Assembly (NCBI RefSeq): GCF_009914755.1
Contig: NC_060933.1
Origin: the human T2T-CHM13v2.0 reference genome, Homo sapiens
Direction: 5' to 3' (one strand)
Length of the DNA stretch: 64,000 bases
Below are positions 1 to 12,800 of this stretch, one piece after another (within the stretch, counting starts at the first letter, position 1; each line of letters begins with the position of its first letter). The notes beneath the pieces are model-generated. The model was given only the letters and a program-made list of their open reading frames with translations. It was not told where the DNA came from and searched no databases. A program made the translations under genes and the position numbers.

Positions 1-76
1 CCTTCCTTTTGACAGAGCAGTTTTGAAGCACTCTTTTTGTAGAATCTGCAAGTGGATATTTTGATACCTTTGAGGA

Positions 77-93
77 TTTCGTTGGACACGGGA
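77..93 (+). promoter_or_regulatory. Variant CENP-B box TTTCGTTGGACACGGGA in the trimer-entry monomer (TTTCGTTAGACACGGGA in X-type units)
   Basis: Keeps the essential core nTTCGnnnnAnnCGGGn. One copy per HOR unit. Confidence 0.85.
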
Positions 94-246
94 TATCTTC
101 ATATAAAATCTAGACAGAAGCATTCTCAGAAACTTCTTTGTGCTGTATGTCCTCAATTAACAGAGTTGAACCTTTGTGTGGATACAGCATTTTGGAAACA
201 TTCCTTTAGTAGAATCTGCAAGTTGATATTTAGATAGCTAGGAAGA

Positions 247-263
247 TTTCCTTGGAAACGGGA
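247..263 (+). promoter_or_regulatory. Inactivated CENP-B box TTTCCTTGGAAACGGGA in the second trimer monomer
   Basis: TTCG->TTCC destroys the first essential CpG. Present in every trimer copy I inspected. Confidence 0.85.
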
Positions 264-754
264 ATATCTTCATATAAAATCTAGACGGAAGCATTCTCAG
301 AAAGTGCTTTGTGATGTTTGCATTCAAGTCACAGAGTTGAATATTCCCTTTTATAGAGCAGGTTTGAAACACTCTTTCTGCACTACCTGGAAGTGGACAT
401 TTGGAGCGCTTTGAGGCCTATGTTGAAAAAGGAAATATCTTCCCATAAAAACTAGACAGAAGCATTCTCAGAAACTTGTTTGTGATGTGTGTATTCAACT
501 AACAGAGATGAACCTTTCTTTTTACAGAGCAGTTTTGAAACACTCTTTTTGTGGAATCTGAAAGTGGATATTTGGATAGCTTTGAGGATTTCGGTGGAAA
601 CGGGATTACATATAAAACCTAGAGAGAAGCATTCTCAGGAACTTCTTTGTGATGTTTGCCTTCAAGTCACAGGACTGAACATTCCCTTTCATAGAGCAGG
701 TTTGAAACACTCTTTCTGTAGTATCTGCAAGCTGACGTTTCAAGCGCTTTCAGG

Positions 755-771
755 CCTATGGTGAGAAAGGA
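755..771 (+). other. pJalpha-type (A-box) motif of A monomers, example
   Basis: CCTATGGTGAGAAAGGA occupies the position equivalent to the CENP-B box in alternate monomers. Confidence 0.7.
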
Positions 772-926
772 AATATCTTCAAGTAAAAACTAGACAGAAG
801 CATTCTCAGAAACTTATTTGCCATGTGTGTTCTCAACTAACAGAGTTGAACCTTTGTTTTGATACGGCATTTTGGAAACACTCTTTTTGTAGAATCTGCA
901 GGTGGATATTCGGATAGCTTTGAAGG

Positions 927-943
927 TTTCGTTGGAAACGGGA
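927..943 (+). promoter_or_regulatory. Canonical CENP-B box, example; recurs about every 340 bp within tetramers
   Basis: TTTCGTTGGAAACGGGA matches the consensus YTTCGTTGGAARCGGGA. Confidence 0.95.
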
Positions 944-3795
944 ATATCTTCATATAAAATCTAGACGGAAGCATTCTCAGAAACTGCTTTGTGATGTTTT
1001 CATTCAAGTCACAGAGTAGAATGTTCCCTGTTATATACCAGGTTTGAGACACTCTTTCTGCACTACCTGGAAGTGGACGTTTGGAGCGCTTTGAGGCCTA
1101 TGTTGAAAAAGGAAATATCTTCCCATAAAAACTAGACAGAAGCATTCTCAGAAACTTGTTTGTGATGTGTGTATTCAACTAACAGAGATGAACCTTTCTT
1201 TTTACAGAGCAGTTTTGAAACACTCTTTTTGTGGAATCTGAAAGTGGATATTTGGATAGCTTTGCGGATTTCGTTGGAAACGGGATTACATATAAAATCT
1301 AGGGAGAAGCATTCTCAGGAACTTCTTTGTGATGTTTGCATTCAAGTCACAGAACTGAACATTCCCTTTCATAGAGCAGGTTTGAAACACTCTTTCTGTA
1401 GTATCTGCAAGTGGACGTTTCAAGCGCTTTCAGGCCTGTGGTGAAAAAGGAAATATCTTCAAATAAAAACTAGACAGAAGCATTCTCAGAAACTTATTTG
1501 CGATGTGTGTTCTCAGCTAACAGAGTTGAACCTTTGTTTTGATACAGCATTTTGGAAACACTCTTTTTGTAGGATCTGCAGGTGGATATTTGGATAGCTT
1601 TGAAGGTTTCTTTGGAAACGGGAATATCTTCATATAAAATCAAGACAGAAGCATTCTCAGAAACTTCTCTGTTCTGTTTGCATTCAACTCATAGAGTTGA
1701 ACACTTCCTTTCATAGAGCTGGTTTGAAATACTCTTTTTGTAATATTTGGAAGTGGACATTGGCAGCGCTTTGAAGCTTATGGTGAAAAAGGAGATATCT
1801 TCTCCTAAAAACCCGACAGAAGCATTCTCAGAATCTTTCTTGTGATGTGTGTACTCAAGTAACAGAGTTGAACCTTCATTTTGACAGAGCAGTTTTGAAG
1901 CACTCTTTTTGTAGAATCTGCAAGTGGATATTTTGATACCTTTGAGGATTTCGTTAGACACGGGATATCTTCATATAAAATCTAGACAGAAGCATTCTCA
2001 GAAACTTCTTTGTGCTGTATGTCCTCAATTAACAGAGTTGAACCTTTGTGTGGATACAGCATTTTGGAAACATTCCTTTAGTAGAATCTGCAAGTTGATA
2101 TTTAGATAGCTAGGAAGATTTCCTTGGAAACGGGAATATCTTCATATAAAATCTAGACGGAAGCATTCTCAGAAAGTGCTTTGTGATGTTTGCATTCAAG
2201 TCACACAGTTGAATATTCCCTTTTATAGAGCAGGTTTGAAACACTCTTTCTGCACTACCTGGAAGTGGACATTTGGAGCGCTTTGAGGCCTATGTTGAAA
2301 AAGGAAATATCTTCCCATAAAAACTAGACAGAAGCATTCTCAGAAACTTGTTTGTGATGTGTGTATTCAACTAACAGAGATGAACCTTTCTTTTTACAGA
2401 GCAGTTTTGAAACACTCTTTTTGTGGAATCTGAAAGTGGATATTTGGATAGCTTTGAGGATTTCGTTGGAAACGGGATTACATATAAAACCTAGAGAGAA
2501 GCATTCTCAGGAACTTCTTTGTGATGTTTGCATTCAAGTCACAGAACTGAACATTCCCTTTCATAGAGCAGGTTTGAAACACTCTTTCTGTAGTATCTGC
2601 AAGCTGACGTTTCAAGCGCTTTCAGGCCTATGGTGAGAAAGGAAATATCTTCAAGTAAAAACTAGACAGAAGCATTCTCAGAAACTTATTTGCCATGTGT
2701 GTTCTCAACTAACAGAGTTGAACCTTTGTTTTGATACGGCATTTTGGAAACACTCTTTTTGTAGAATCTGCAGGTGGATATTCGGATAGCTTTGAAGGTT
2801 TCGTTGGAAACGGGAATATCTTCATATAAAATCTAGACGGAAGCATTCTCAGAAACTGCTTTGTGATGTTTTCATTCAAGTCACAGAGTAGAATGTTCCC
2901 TGTTATATACCAGGTTTGAGACACTCTTTCTGCACTACCTGGAAGTGGACGTTTGGAGCGCTTTGAGGCCTATGTTGAAAAAGGAAATATCTTCCCATAA
3001 ACACTAGACAGAAGCATTCTCAGAAACTTGTTTCTGATGTGTGTATTCAACTAACAGAGATGAACCTTTCTTTTTACAGAGTAGTTTTGAAACACTCTTT
3101 TTGTGGAATCTGAAAGTGGATATTTGGATAGCTTTGCGGATTTCGTTGGAAACGGGATTACATATAAAATCTAGGGAGAAGCATTCTCAGGAACTTCTTT
3201 GTGATGTTTGCATTCAAGTCACAGAACTGAACATTCCCTTTCATAGAGCAGGTTTGAAACACTCTTTCTGTAGTATCTGCAAGTGGACGTTTCAAGCGCT
3301 TTCAGGCCTGTGGTGAAAAAGGAAATATCTTCAAATAAAAACTAGACAGAAGCATTCTCAGAAACTTATTTGCGATGTGTGTTCTCAGCTAACAGAGTTG
3401 AACCTTTGTTTTGATACAGCATTTTGGAAACACTCTTTTTGTAGGATCTGCAGGTGGATGTTTGGATAGCTTTGAAGGTTTCTTTGGAAACGGGAATATC
3501 TTCATATAAAATCAAGACAGAAGCATTCTCAGAAACTTTTCTGTTCTGTTTGCATTCAACTCATAGAGTTGAACACTTCCTTTCATAGAGCTGGTTTGAA
3601 ATACTCTTTTTGTAATATTTGGAAGTGGACATTGGCAGCGGTTTGAAGCCTATGGTGAAAAAGGAGATATCTTCTCCTAAAAACCAGACAGAAGCATTCT
3701 CAGAATCTTTCTTGTGATGTGTGTACTCAAGTAACAGAGTTGAACCTTCATTTTGACAGAGCAGTTTTGAAGCACTCTTTTTGTAGAATCTGCAA

Positions 3796-4987
3796 GTGGA
3801 TATTTTGATACCTTTGAGGATTTCGTTAGACACGGGATATCTTCATATAAAATCTAGACAGAAGCATTCTCAGAAACTTCTTTGTGCTGTATGTCCTCAA
3901 TTAACAGAGTTGAACCTTTGTGTGGATACAGCATTTTGGAAACATTCCTTTAGTAGAATCTGCAAGTTGATATTTAGATAGCTAGGAAGATTTCCTTGGA
4001 AACGGGAATATCTTCATATAAAATCTAGACGGAAGCATTCTCAGAAAGTGCTTTGTGATGTTTGCATTCAAGTCACAGAGTTGAATATTCCCTTTTATAG
4101 AGCAGGTTTGAAACACTCTTTCTGCACTATCTGGAAGTGGACATTTGGAGCGCTTTGAGGCCTATGTTGAAAAAGGAAGTATCTTCCCATAAAAACTAGA
4201 CAGAAGCATTCTCAGAAACTTGTTTGTGATGTGTGTATTCAACTAACAGAGATGAACCTTTCTTTTTACAGAGCAGTTTTGAAACACTCTTTTTGTGGAA
4301 TCTGAAAGTGGATATTTGGATAGCTTTGAGGATTTCGTTGGAAACGGGATTACATAAAAAACCTAGAGAGAAGCATTCTCAGGAACTTCTTTGTGATGTT
4401 TGCATTCAAGTCACAGAACTGAACATTCCCTTTCATAGAGCAGGTTTGAAACACTCTTTCTGTAGTATCTGCAAGCTGACGTTTCAAGCGCTTTCAGGCC
4501 TATGGTGAGAAAGGAAATATCTTCAAGTAAAAACTAGACAGAAGCATTCTCAGAAACTTATTTGCCATGTGTGTCCTCAACTAACAGAGTTGAACCTTTC
4601 TTTTGATACGGCATTTTGGAAACACTCTTTTTGTAGAATCTGCAGGTGGATATTCGGATAGCTTTGAAGGTTTCGTTGGAAACGGGAATATCTTCATATG
4701 AAATCAAGACAGAAGCATTCTCAGAAACTTCTCTGTGATGTTTGCATTCAACTCATAGAGTTGAACACTTCCCTTCATACAGCAGGTTTGAAACACTCTT
4801 TTTCTAATATTTGGAAGTGGACATTTGCAGCGCTTTGAGGCCTATGTTGAAAAAGGAAATATCTTCTCCTAAAAACCAGACAGAAGCATTCTCAGAAACT
4901 TCCTTGTGATGTGTGTACTCAAGTAACAGAGTTGAACCTTCCTTTTGACAGAGCAGTTTTGAAGCACTCTTTTTGTAGAATCTGCAA
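3796..4987 (+). repeat. 7-mer HOR variant (1192 bp)
   Basis: Marker spacing 1192 = 512 + 680. Others start at 32211, 38506 and 47863, and probably at 63006 (truncated by the window end). Confidence 0.93.
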
Positions 4988-6859
4988 GTGGATATTTTGA
5001 TACCTTTGAGGATTTCGTTGGACACGGGATATCTTCATATAAAATCTAGACAGAAGCATTCTCAGAAACTTCTTTGTGCTGTATGTCCTCAATTAACAGA
5101 GTTGAACCTTTGTGTGGATACAGCATTTTGGAAACATTCCTTTAGTAGAATCTGCAAGTTGATATTTAGATAGCTAGGAAGATTTCCTTGGAAACGGGAA
5201 TATCTTCATATAAAATCTAGACGGAAGCATTCTCAGAAAGTGCTTTGTGATGTTTGCATTCAAGTCACAGAGTTGAATATTCCCTTTTATAGAGCAGGTT
5301 TGAAACACTCTTTCTGCACTACCTGGAAGTGGACATTTGGAGCGCTTTGAGGCCTATGTTGAAAAAGGAAATATCTTCCCATAAAAACTGGACAGAAGCA
5401 TTCTCAGAAACTTGTTTGTGATGTGTGTATTCAACTAACAGAGATGAACCTTTCTTTTTACAGAGCAGTTTTGAAACACTCTTCTTGTGGAATCTGAAAG
5501 TGGATATTTGGATAGCTTTGAGGATTTCGGTGGAAACGGGATTACATATAAAACCTAGAGAGAAGCATTCTCAGGAACTTCTTTGTGATGTTTGCCTTCA
5601 AGTCACAGGACTGAACATTCCCTTTCATAGAGCAGGTTTGAAACACTCTTTCTGTAGTATCTGCAAGCTGACGTTTCAAGCGCTTTCAGGCCTATGGTGA
5701 GAAAGGAAATATCTTCAAGTAAAAACTAGACAGAAGCATTCTCAGAAACTTATTTGCCATGTGTGTTCTCAACTAACAGAGTTGAACCTTTGTTTTGATA
5801 CGGCATTTTGGAAACACTCTTTTTGTAGAATCTGCAGGTGGATATTCGGATAGCTTTGAAGGTTTCGTTGGAAACGGGAATATCTTCATATAAAATCTAG
5901 ACGGAAGCATTCTCAGAAACTGCTTTGTGATGTTTTCATTCAAGTCACAGAGTAGAATGTTCCCTGTTATATACCAGGTTTGAGACACTCTTTCTGCACT
6001 ACCTGGAAGTGGACGTTTGGAGTGCTTTGAGGCCTATGTTGAAAAAGGAAATATCTTCCCATAAAAACTAGACAGAAGCATTCTCAGAAACTTGTTTGTG
6101 ATGTGTGTATTCAACTAACAGAGATGAACCTTTCTTTTTACAGAGCAGTTTTGAAACACTCTTTTTGTGGAATCTGAAAGTGGATATTTGGATAGCTTTG
6201 CGGATTTCGTTGGAAACGGGATTACATATAAAATCTAGGGAGAAGCATTCTCAGGAACTTCTTTGTGATGTTTGCATTCAAGTCACAGAACTGAACATTC
6301 CCTTTCATAGAGCAGGTTTGAAACACTCTTTCTGTAGTATCTGCAAGTGGACGTTTCAAGCGCTTTCAGGCCTGTGGTGAAAAAGGAAATATCTTCAAAT
6401 AAAAACTAGACAGAAGCATTCTCAGAAACTTATTTGCGATGTGTGTTCTCAGCTAACAGAGTTGAACCTTTGTTTTGATACAGCATTTTGGAAACACTCT
6501 TTTTGTAGGATCTGCAGGTGGATATTTGGATAGCTTTGAAGGTTTCTTTGGAAACGGGAATATCTTTATATAAAATCAAGACAGAAGCATTCTCAGAAAC
6601 TTCTCTGTGATGTTTGCATTCAACTCATAGAGTTGAACACTTCCTTTCATAGAGCTGGTTTGAAATACTCTTTTTGTAATATTTGGAAGTGGACATTGGC
6701 AGCGCTTTGAAGCCTATGGTGAAAAAGGAGATATCTTCTCCTAAAAACCAGACAGAAGCATTCTCAGAATCTTTCTTGTGATGTGTGTACTCAAGTAACA
6801 GAGTTGAACCTTCATTTTGACAGAGCAGTTTTGAAGCACTCTTTTTGTAGAATCTGCAA

Positions 6860-9800
6860 GTGGATATTTTGATACCTTTGAGGATTTCGTTAGACACGGG
6901 ATATCTTCATATAAAATCTAGACAGAAGCATTCTCAGAAACTTCTTTGTGCTGTATGTCCTCAATTAACAGAGTTGAACCTTTGTGTGGATACAGCATTT
7001 TGGAAACATTCCTTTAGTAGAATCTGCAAGTTGATATTTAGATAGCTAGGAAGATTTCCTTGGAAACGGGAATATCTTCATATAAAATCTAGACGGAAGC
7101 ATTCTCAGAAAGTGCTTTGTGATGTTTGCATTCAAGTCACACAGTTGAATATTCCCTTTTATAGAGCAGGTTTGAAACACTCTTTCTGCACTATCTGGAA
7201 GTGGACATTTGGAGCGCTTTGAGGCCTATGTTGAAAAAGGAAATATCTTCCCATAAAAACTAGACAGAAGCATTCTCAGAAACTTGTTTGTGATGTGTGT
7301 ATTCAACTAACAGAGATGAACCTTTCTTTTTACAGAGCAGTTTTGAAACACTCTTTTTGTGGAATCTGAAAGTGGATATTTGGATAGCTTTGAGGATTTC
7401 GTTGGAAACGGGATTACATATAAAACCTAGAGAGAAGCATTCTCAGGAACTTCTTTGTGATGTTTGCATTCAAGTCACAGAACTGAACATTCCCTTTCAT
7501 AGAGCAGGTTTGAAACACTCTTTCTGTAGTATCTGCAAGGTGACGTTTCAAGCGCTTTCAGGCCTATGGTGAGAAAGGAAATATCTTCAAGTAAAAACTA
7601 GACAGAAGCATTCTCAGAAACATATTTGCCATGTGTGTTCTCAACTAACAGAGTTGAACCTTTGTTTTGATACGGCATTTTGGAAACACTCTTTTTGTAG
7701 AATCTGCAGGTGAATATTCGGATAGCTTTGAAGGTTTCGTTGGAAACGGGAATATCTTCATATAAAATCTAGACGGAAGCATTCTCAGAAACTGCTTTGT
7801 GATGTTTTCATTCAAGTCACAGAGTAGAATGTTCCCTGTTATATACCAGGTTTGAGACACTCTTTCCGCACTACCTGGAAGTGGACATTTGGAGCGCTTT
7901 GAGGCCCATGATGAAAAAGGAAATATCTTCCCATAAAAACTAGACAGAAGCATTCTCAGAAACTTGTTTGTGATGTGTGTATTCAACTAACAGAGATGAA
8001 CCTTTCTTTTTACAGAGCAGTTTTGAAACACTCTTTTTGTGGAATCTGGAAGTGGATATTTGGATAGCTTTGAGGATTTCGTTGGAAACGGGATTACATA
8101 TAAAATCTAGAGAGAAGCATTCTCAGGAACTTCTTTGTGATGTTTGCATTCAAGTCACAGAACTGAACATTCCCTTTCATAGAGCATGTTTGAAAAACTC
8201 TTTCTGTAGTATCTGCAAACGGACATTTCAAACGCTTTCAGGCCTATGGTGAGAAAGGAAATATCTTCAAATAAAAACTAGACAGAAGCATTCTCAGAAA
8301 CTTATTTGCGATGTGTGTCCTCAACTAACAGAGTTGAACCTTTCTTTTGATACAACATTTTGGAAACACTCTTTTTGTAGAATCTGCAAGTGGATATTTG
8401 GATAGCTTTGAAGGTTTCGTTGGAAACGGGAATATCTTCATATAAAATCAAGACAGAAGCATTCTCCGAAACTTCTCTGTGATGTTTGTATTCAACTCAT
8501 AGAGTTGAACACTTCCCTTCATACAGCAGGTTTGAAACACTCTTTTTGTAATATTTGGAAGTGGACATTTGCAGCGCTTTGAGGCCTATGATGAAAAAGG
8601 TAATATCTTCCCATAAAAACTAGACAGAAGCATTCTCAGAAACTTGTTTGTGATGTGTGTATTCAACTAACAGAGATGAACCTTTCTTTTTACAGAGCAG
8701 TTTTGAAACATTCTTTTTGTGGAATCTGAAAGTGGATATTTGGATAGCTTTGCGGATTTCTTTGGAAACGGGATTACATATAAAATCTAGAGAGAAGCAT
8801 TCTCAAGAACTTCTTTGTGATGTTTGCATTCAAGTCACAGAACTGAACATTCCCTTTCATAGAGCAGGTTTGAAACACTCTTTCTGTAGTATCTGCAAGC
8901 GGACGTTTTAAGCGCTTTCAGGCCTGTGGTGAGAAAGGAAATATCTTCAAATAAAAACTAGACAGAAGCATTCTCAGAAACTTATTTGCGATGTGTGTCC
9001 TCAACTAACAGAGTTGAACCTTTCTTTTGATACAACATTTTGGAAACACTCTTTTTGTAGAATCTGCAAGTGGATATTTGGATAGCTTTGAAGGTTTCGT
9101 TAGAAACGGGAATATCTTCATATGAAATCAAGACAGAAGCATTCTCAGAAACTTCTCTGTGATGTTTGCATTCAACTCATAGAGTTGAACACTTCCCTTC
9201 ATACAGCAGGTTTGAAACACTCTTTTTCTAATATTTGGAAGTGGACATTTGCAGCGCTTTGAGGCCTATGTTGAAAAAGGAAATATCTTCTCCTAAAAAC
9301 CAGACAGAAGCATTCTCAGAAACTTCCTTGTGATGTGTGTACTCAAGTAACAGAGTTGAACCTTCCTTTTGACAGAGCAGTTTTGAAGCACTCTTTTTGT
9401 AGAATCTGCAAGTGGATATTTTGATACCTTTGAGGATTTCGTTGGACACGGGATATCTTCATATAAAATCTAGACAGAAGCATTCTCAGAAACTTCTTTG
9501 TGCTGTATGTCCTCAATTAACAGAGTTGAACCTTTGTGTGGATACAGCATTTTGGAAACATTCCTTTAGTAGAATCTGCAAGTTGATATTTAGATAGCTA
9601 GGAAGGTTTCCTTGGAAACGGGAATATCTTCATATAAAATCTAGACGGAAGCATTCTCAGAAAGTGCTTTGTGATGTTTGCATTCAAGTCACAGAGTTGA
9701 ATATTCCCTTTTATAGAGCAGGTTTGAAACACTCTTTCTGCACTACCTGGAAGTGGACATTTGGAGCGCTTTGAGGCCTATGTTGAAAAAGGAAATATCT

Positions 9801-12800
9801 TCCCATAAAAACTAGACAGAAGCATTCTCAGAAACTTGTTTGTGATGTGTGTATTCAACTAACAGAGATGAACCTTTCTTTTTACAGAGCAGTTTTGAAA
9901 CACTCTTTTTCTGGAATCTGAAAGTGGATATTTGGATAGCTTTGAGGATTTCGTTGGAAACGGGATTACATATAAAACCTAGAGAGAAGCATTCTCAGGA
10001 ACTTCTTTGTGATGTTTGCATTCAAGTCACAGGACTGAACATTCCCTTTCATAGAGCAGGTTTGAAACACTCTTTCTGTAGTATCTGCAAGCTGACGTTT
10101 CAAGCGCTTTCAGGCCTATGGTGAGAAAGGAAATATCTTCAAGTAAAAACTAGACAGAAGCATTCTCAGAAACTTATTTGCCATGTGTGTTCTCAACTAA
10201 CAGAGTTGAACCTTTGTTTTGATACGGCATTTTGGAAACACTCTTTTTGTAGAATCTGCAGGTGGATATTCGGATAGCTTTGAAGGTTTCGTTGGAAACG
10301 GGAATATCTTCATATAAAATCTAGACGGAAGCATTCTCAGAAACTGCTTTGTGATGTTTTCATTCAAGTCACAGAGTAGAATGTTCCCTGTTATATACCA
10401 GGTTTGAGACACTCTTTCTGCACTACCTGGAAGTGGACGTTTGGAGCGCTTTGAGGCCTATGTTGAAAAAGGAAATATCTTCCCATAAAAACTAGACAGA
10501 AGCATTCTCAGAAACTTGTTTGTGATGTGTGTATTCAACTAACAGAGATGAACCTTTCTTTTTACAGAGCAGTTTTGAAACACTCTTTTTGTGGAATCTG
10601 AAAGTGGATATTTGGATAGCTTTGAGGATTTCGTTGGAAACGGGATTACATATAAAATCTAGAGAGAAGCATTCTCAGGAACTTCTTTGTGATGTTTGCA
10701 TTCACGTCACAGAACTGAACATTCCCTTTCATAGAGCATGTTTGAAACACTCTTTCTGTAGTATCTGCAAACGGACATTTCAAACGCTTTCAGGCCTATG
10801 GTGAGAAAGGAAATATCTTCAAGTAAAAACTAGACAGAAGCATTCTCAGAAACTTATTTGCGATGTGTGTCCTCAACTAACAGAGTTGAACCTTTCTTTT
10901 GATACAACATTTTGGAAACACTCTTTTTGTAGAATCTGCAAGTGGATATTTGAATAGCTTTGAAGGTTTCGTTGGAAACGGGAATATCTTCATATAAAAT
11001 CAAGACAGAAGCATTCTCAGAAACTTCTCTGTGATGTTTGCATTCAACTCATAGAGTTGAACTCTTCCCTTCATACAGGAGGTTTGAAACACTCTTTTTG
11101 TAATATTTGGAAGTGGACATTTGCAGCGCTTTGAGGCCTATGATGAAAAAGGAAATATCTTCCCATAAAAACTAGACAGAAGCATTCTCAGAAACTTGTT
11201 TGTGATGTGTGTATTCAACTAACAGAGATGAACCTTTCTTTTTACAGAGCAGTTTTGAAACACTCTTTTTGTGGAATCTGAAAGTGGATATTTGGATAGC
11301 TTTGCGGATTTCGTTGGAAACGGGATTACATATAAAATCTAGGGAGAAGCATTCTCAGGAACTTCTTTGTGATGTTTGCATTCAAGTCACAGAACTGAAC
11401 ATTCCCTTTCATAGAGCAGGTTTGAAACACTCTTTCTGTAGTATCTGCAAGCGGACGTTTTAAGCGCTTTCAGGCCTGTGGTGAGAAAGGAAATATCTTC
11501 AAATAAAAACTAGACAGAAGCATTCTCAGAAACTTATTTGCGATGTGTGTCCTCAACTAACAGAGTTGAACCTTTCTTTTGATACAACATTTTGGAAACA
11601 CTCTTTTTGTAGAATCTGCAAGTGGATATTTGGATAGCTTTGAAGGTTTCGTTGGAAACGGGAATATCTTCATATGAAATCAAGACAGAAGCATTCTCAG
11701 AAACTTCTCTGTGATGTTTGCATTCAACTCATAGAGTTGAACACTTCCCTTCATACAGCAGGTTTGAAACACTCTTTTTCTAATATTTGGAAGTGGACAT
11801 TTGCAGCGCTTTGAGGCCTATGATGAAAAAGGAAATATCTTCTCCTAAAAACCAGACAGAAGCATTCTCAGAAACTTCCTTGTGATGTGTGTACTCAAGT
11901 AACAGAGTTGAACCTTCCTTTTGACAGAGCAGTTTTGAAGCACTCTTTTTGTAGAATCTGCAAGTGGATATTTTGATACCTTTGAGGATTTCGTTGGACA
12001 CGGGATATCTTCATATAAAATCTAGACAGAAGCATTCTCAGAAACTTCTTTGTGCTGTATGTCCTCAATTAACAGAGTTGAACCTTTGTGTGGATACAGC
12101 ATTTTGGAAACATTCCTTTAGTAGAATCTGCAAGTTGATATTTAGATAGCTAGGAAGATGTCCTTGGAAACGGGAATATCTTCATATAAAATCTAGACGG
12201 AAGCATTCTCAGAAAGTGCTTTGTGATGTTTGCATTCAAGTCACAGAGTTGAATATTCCCTTTTATAGAGCAGGTTTGAAACACTCTTTCTGCACTACCT
12301 GGAAGTGGACATTTGGAGCGCTTTGAGGCCTATGTTGAAAAAGGAAATATCTTCCCATAAAAACTAGACAGAAGCATTCTCAGAAACTTGTTTGTGATGT
12401 GTGTATTCAACTAACAGAGATGAACCTTTCTTTTTACAGAGCAGTTTTGAAACACTCTTTTTCTGGAATCTGAAAGTGGATATTTGGATAGCTTTGAGGA
12501 TTTCGTTGGAAACGGGATTACATATAAAACCTAGAGAGAAGCATTCTCAGGAACTTCTTTGTGATATTTGCATTCAAGTCACAGAACTGAACATTCCCTT
12601 TCATAGAGCAGGTTTGAAACACTCTTTCTGTAGTATCTGCAAGCTGACGTTTCAAGCGCTTTCATGCCTATGGTGAGAAAGGAAATATCTTCAAGTAAAA
12701 ACTAGACAGAAGCATTCTCAGAAACTTATTTGCCATGTGTGTTCTCAACTAACAGAGTTGAACCTTTGTTTTGATACGGCATTTTGGAAACACTCTTTTT

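Larger units (their letters stand above)
52..1923 (+). repeat. 11-mer HOR unit (1872 bp), the commonest class (12 copies)
   Basis: Marker spacing 52->1924 = 512 + 2x680. Other copies start at 1924, 4988, 17067, 24043, 25915, 30339, 36635, 49055, 50927, 56710 and 61134. Confidence 0.95.

Noticed and set aside
100-440. Short palindromes and dyads (TCTAGA, AGCGCT, AGGCCT, AGAAGCATTCT) and TATA-like CATATAAAA as regulatory elements
   Set aside because: They are ordinary parts of the alpha satellite consensus, and the sequence alone gives no evidence of promoter or cruciform function.
52-1923. Assignment to D13Z1/D21Z1, D8Z2 or D15Z3 based on the 1.87-kb or 2.55-kb unit size
   Set aside because: Unit size is shared by several SF2 arrays and cannot assign a chromosome. 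The 3.2-kb 19-mer and 3+4n structure lean towards D4Z1/D9Z4, but HMM or alignment confirmation is needed.
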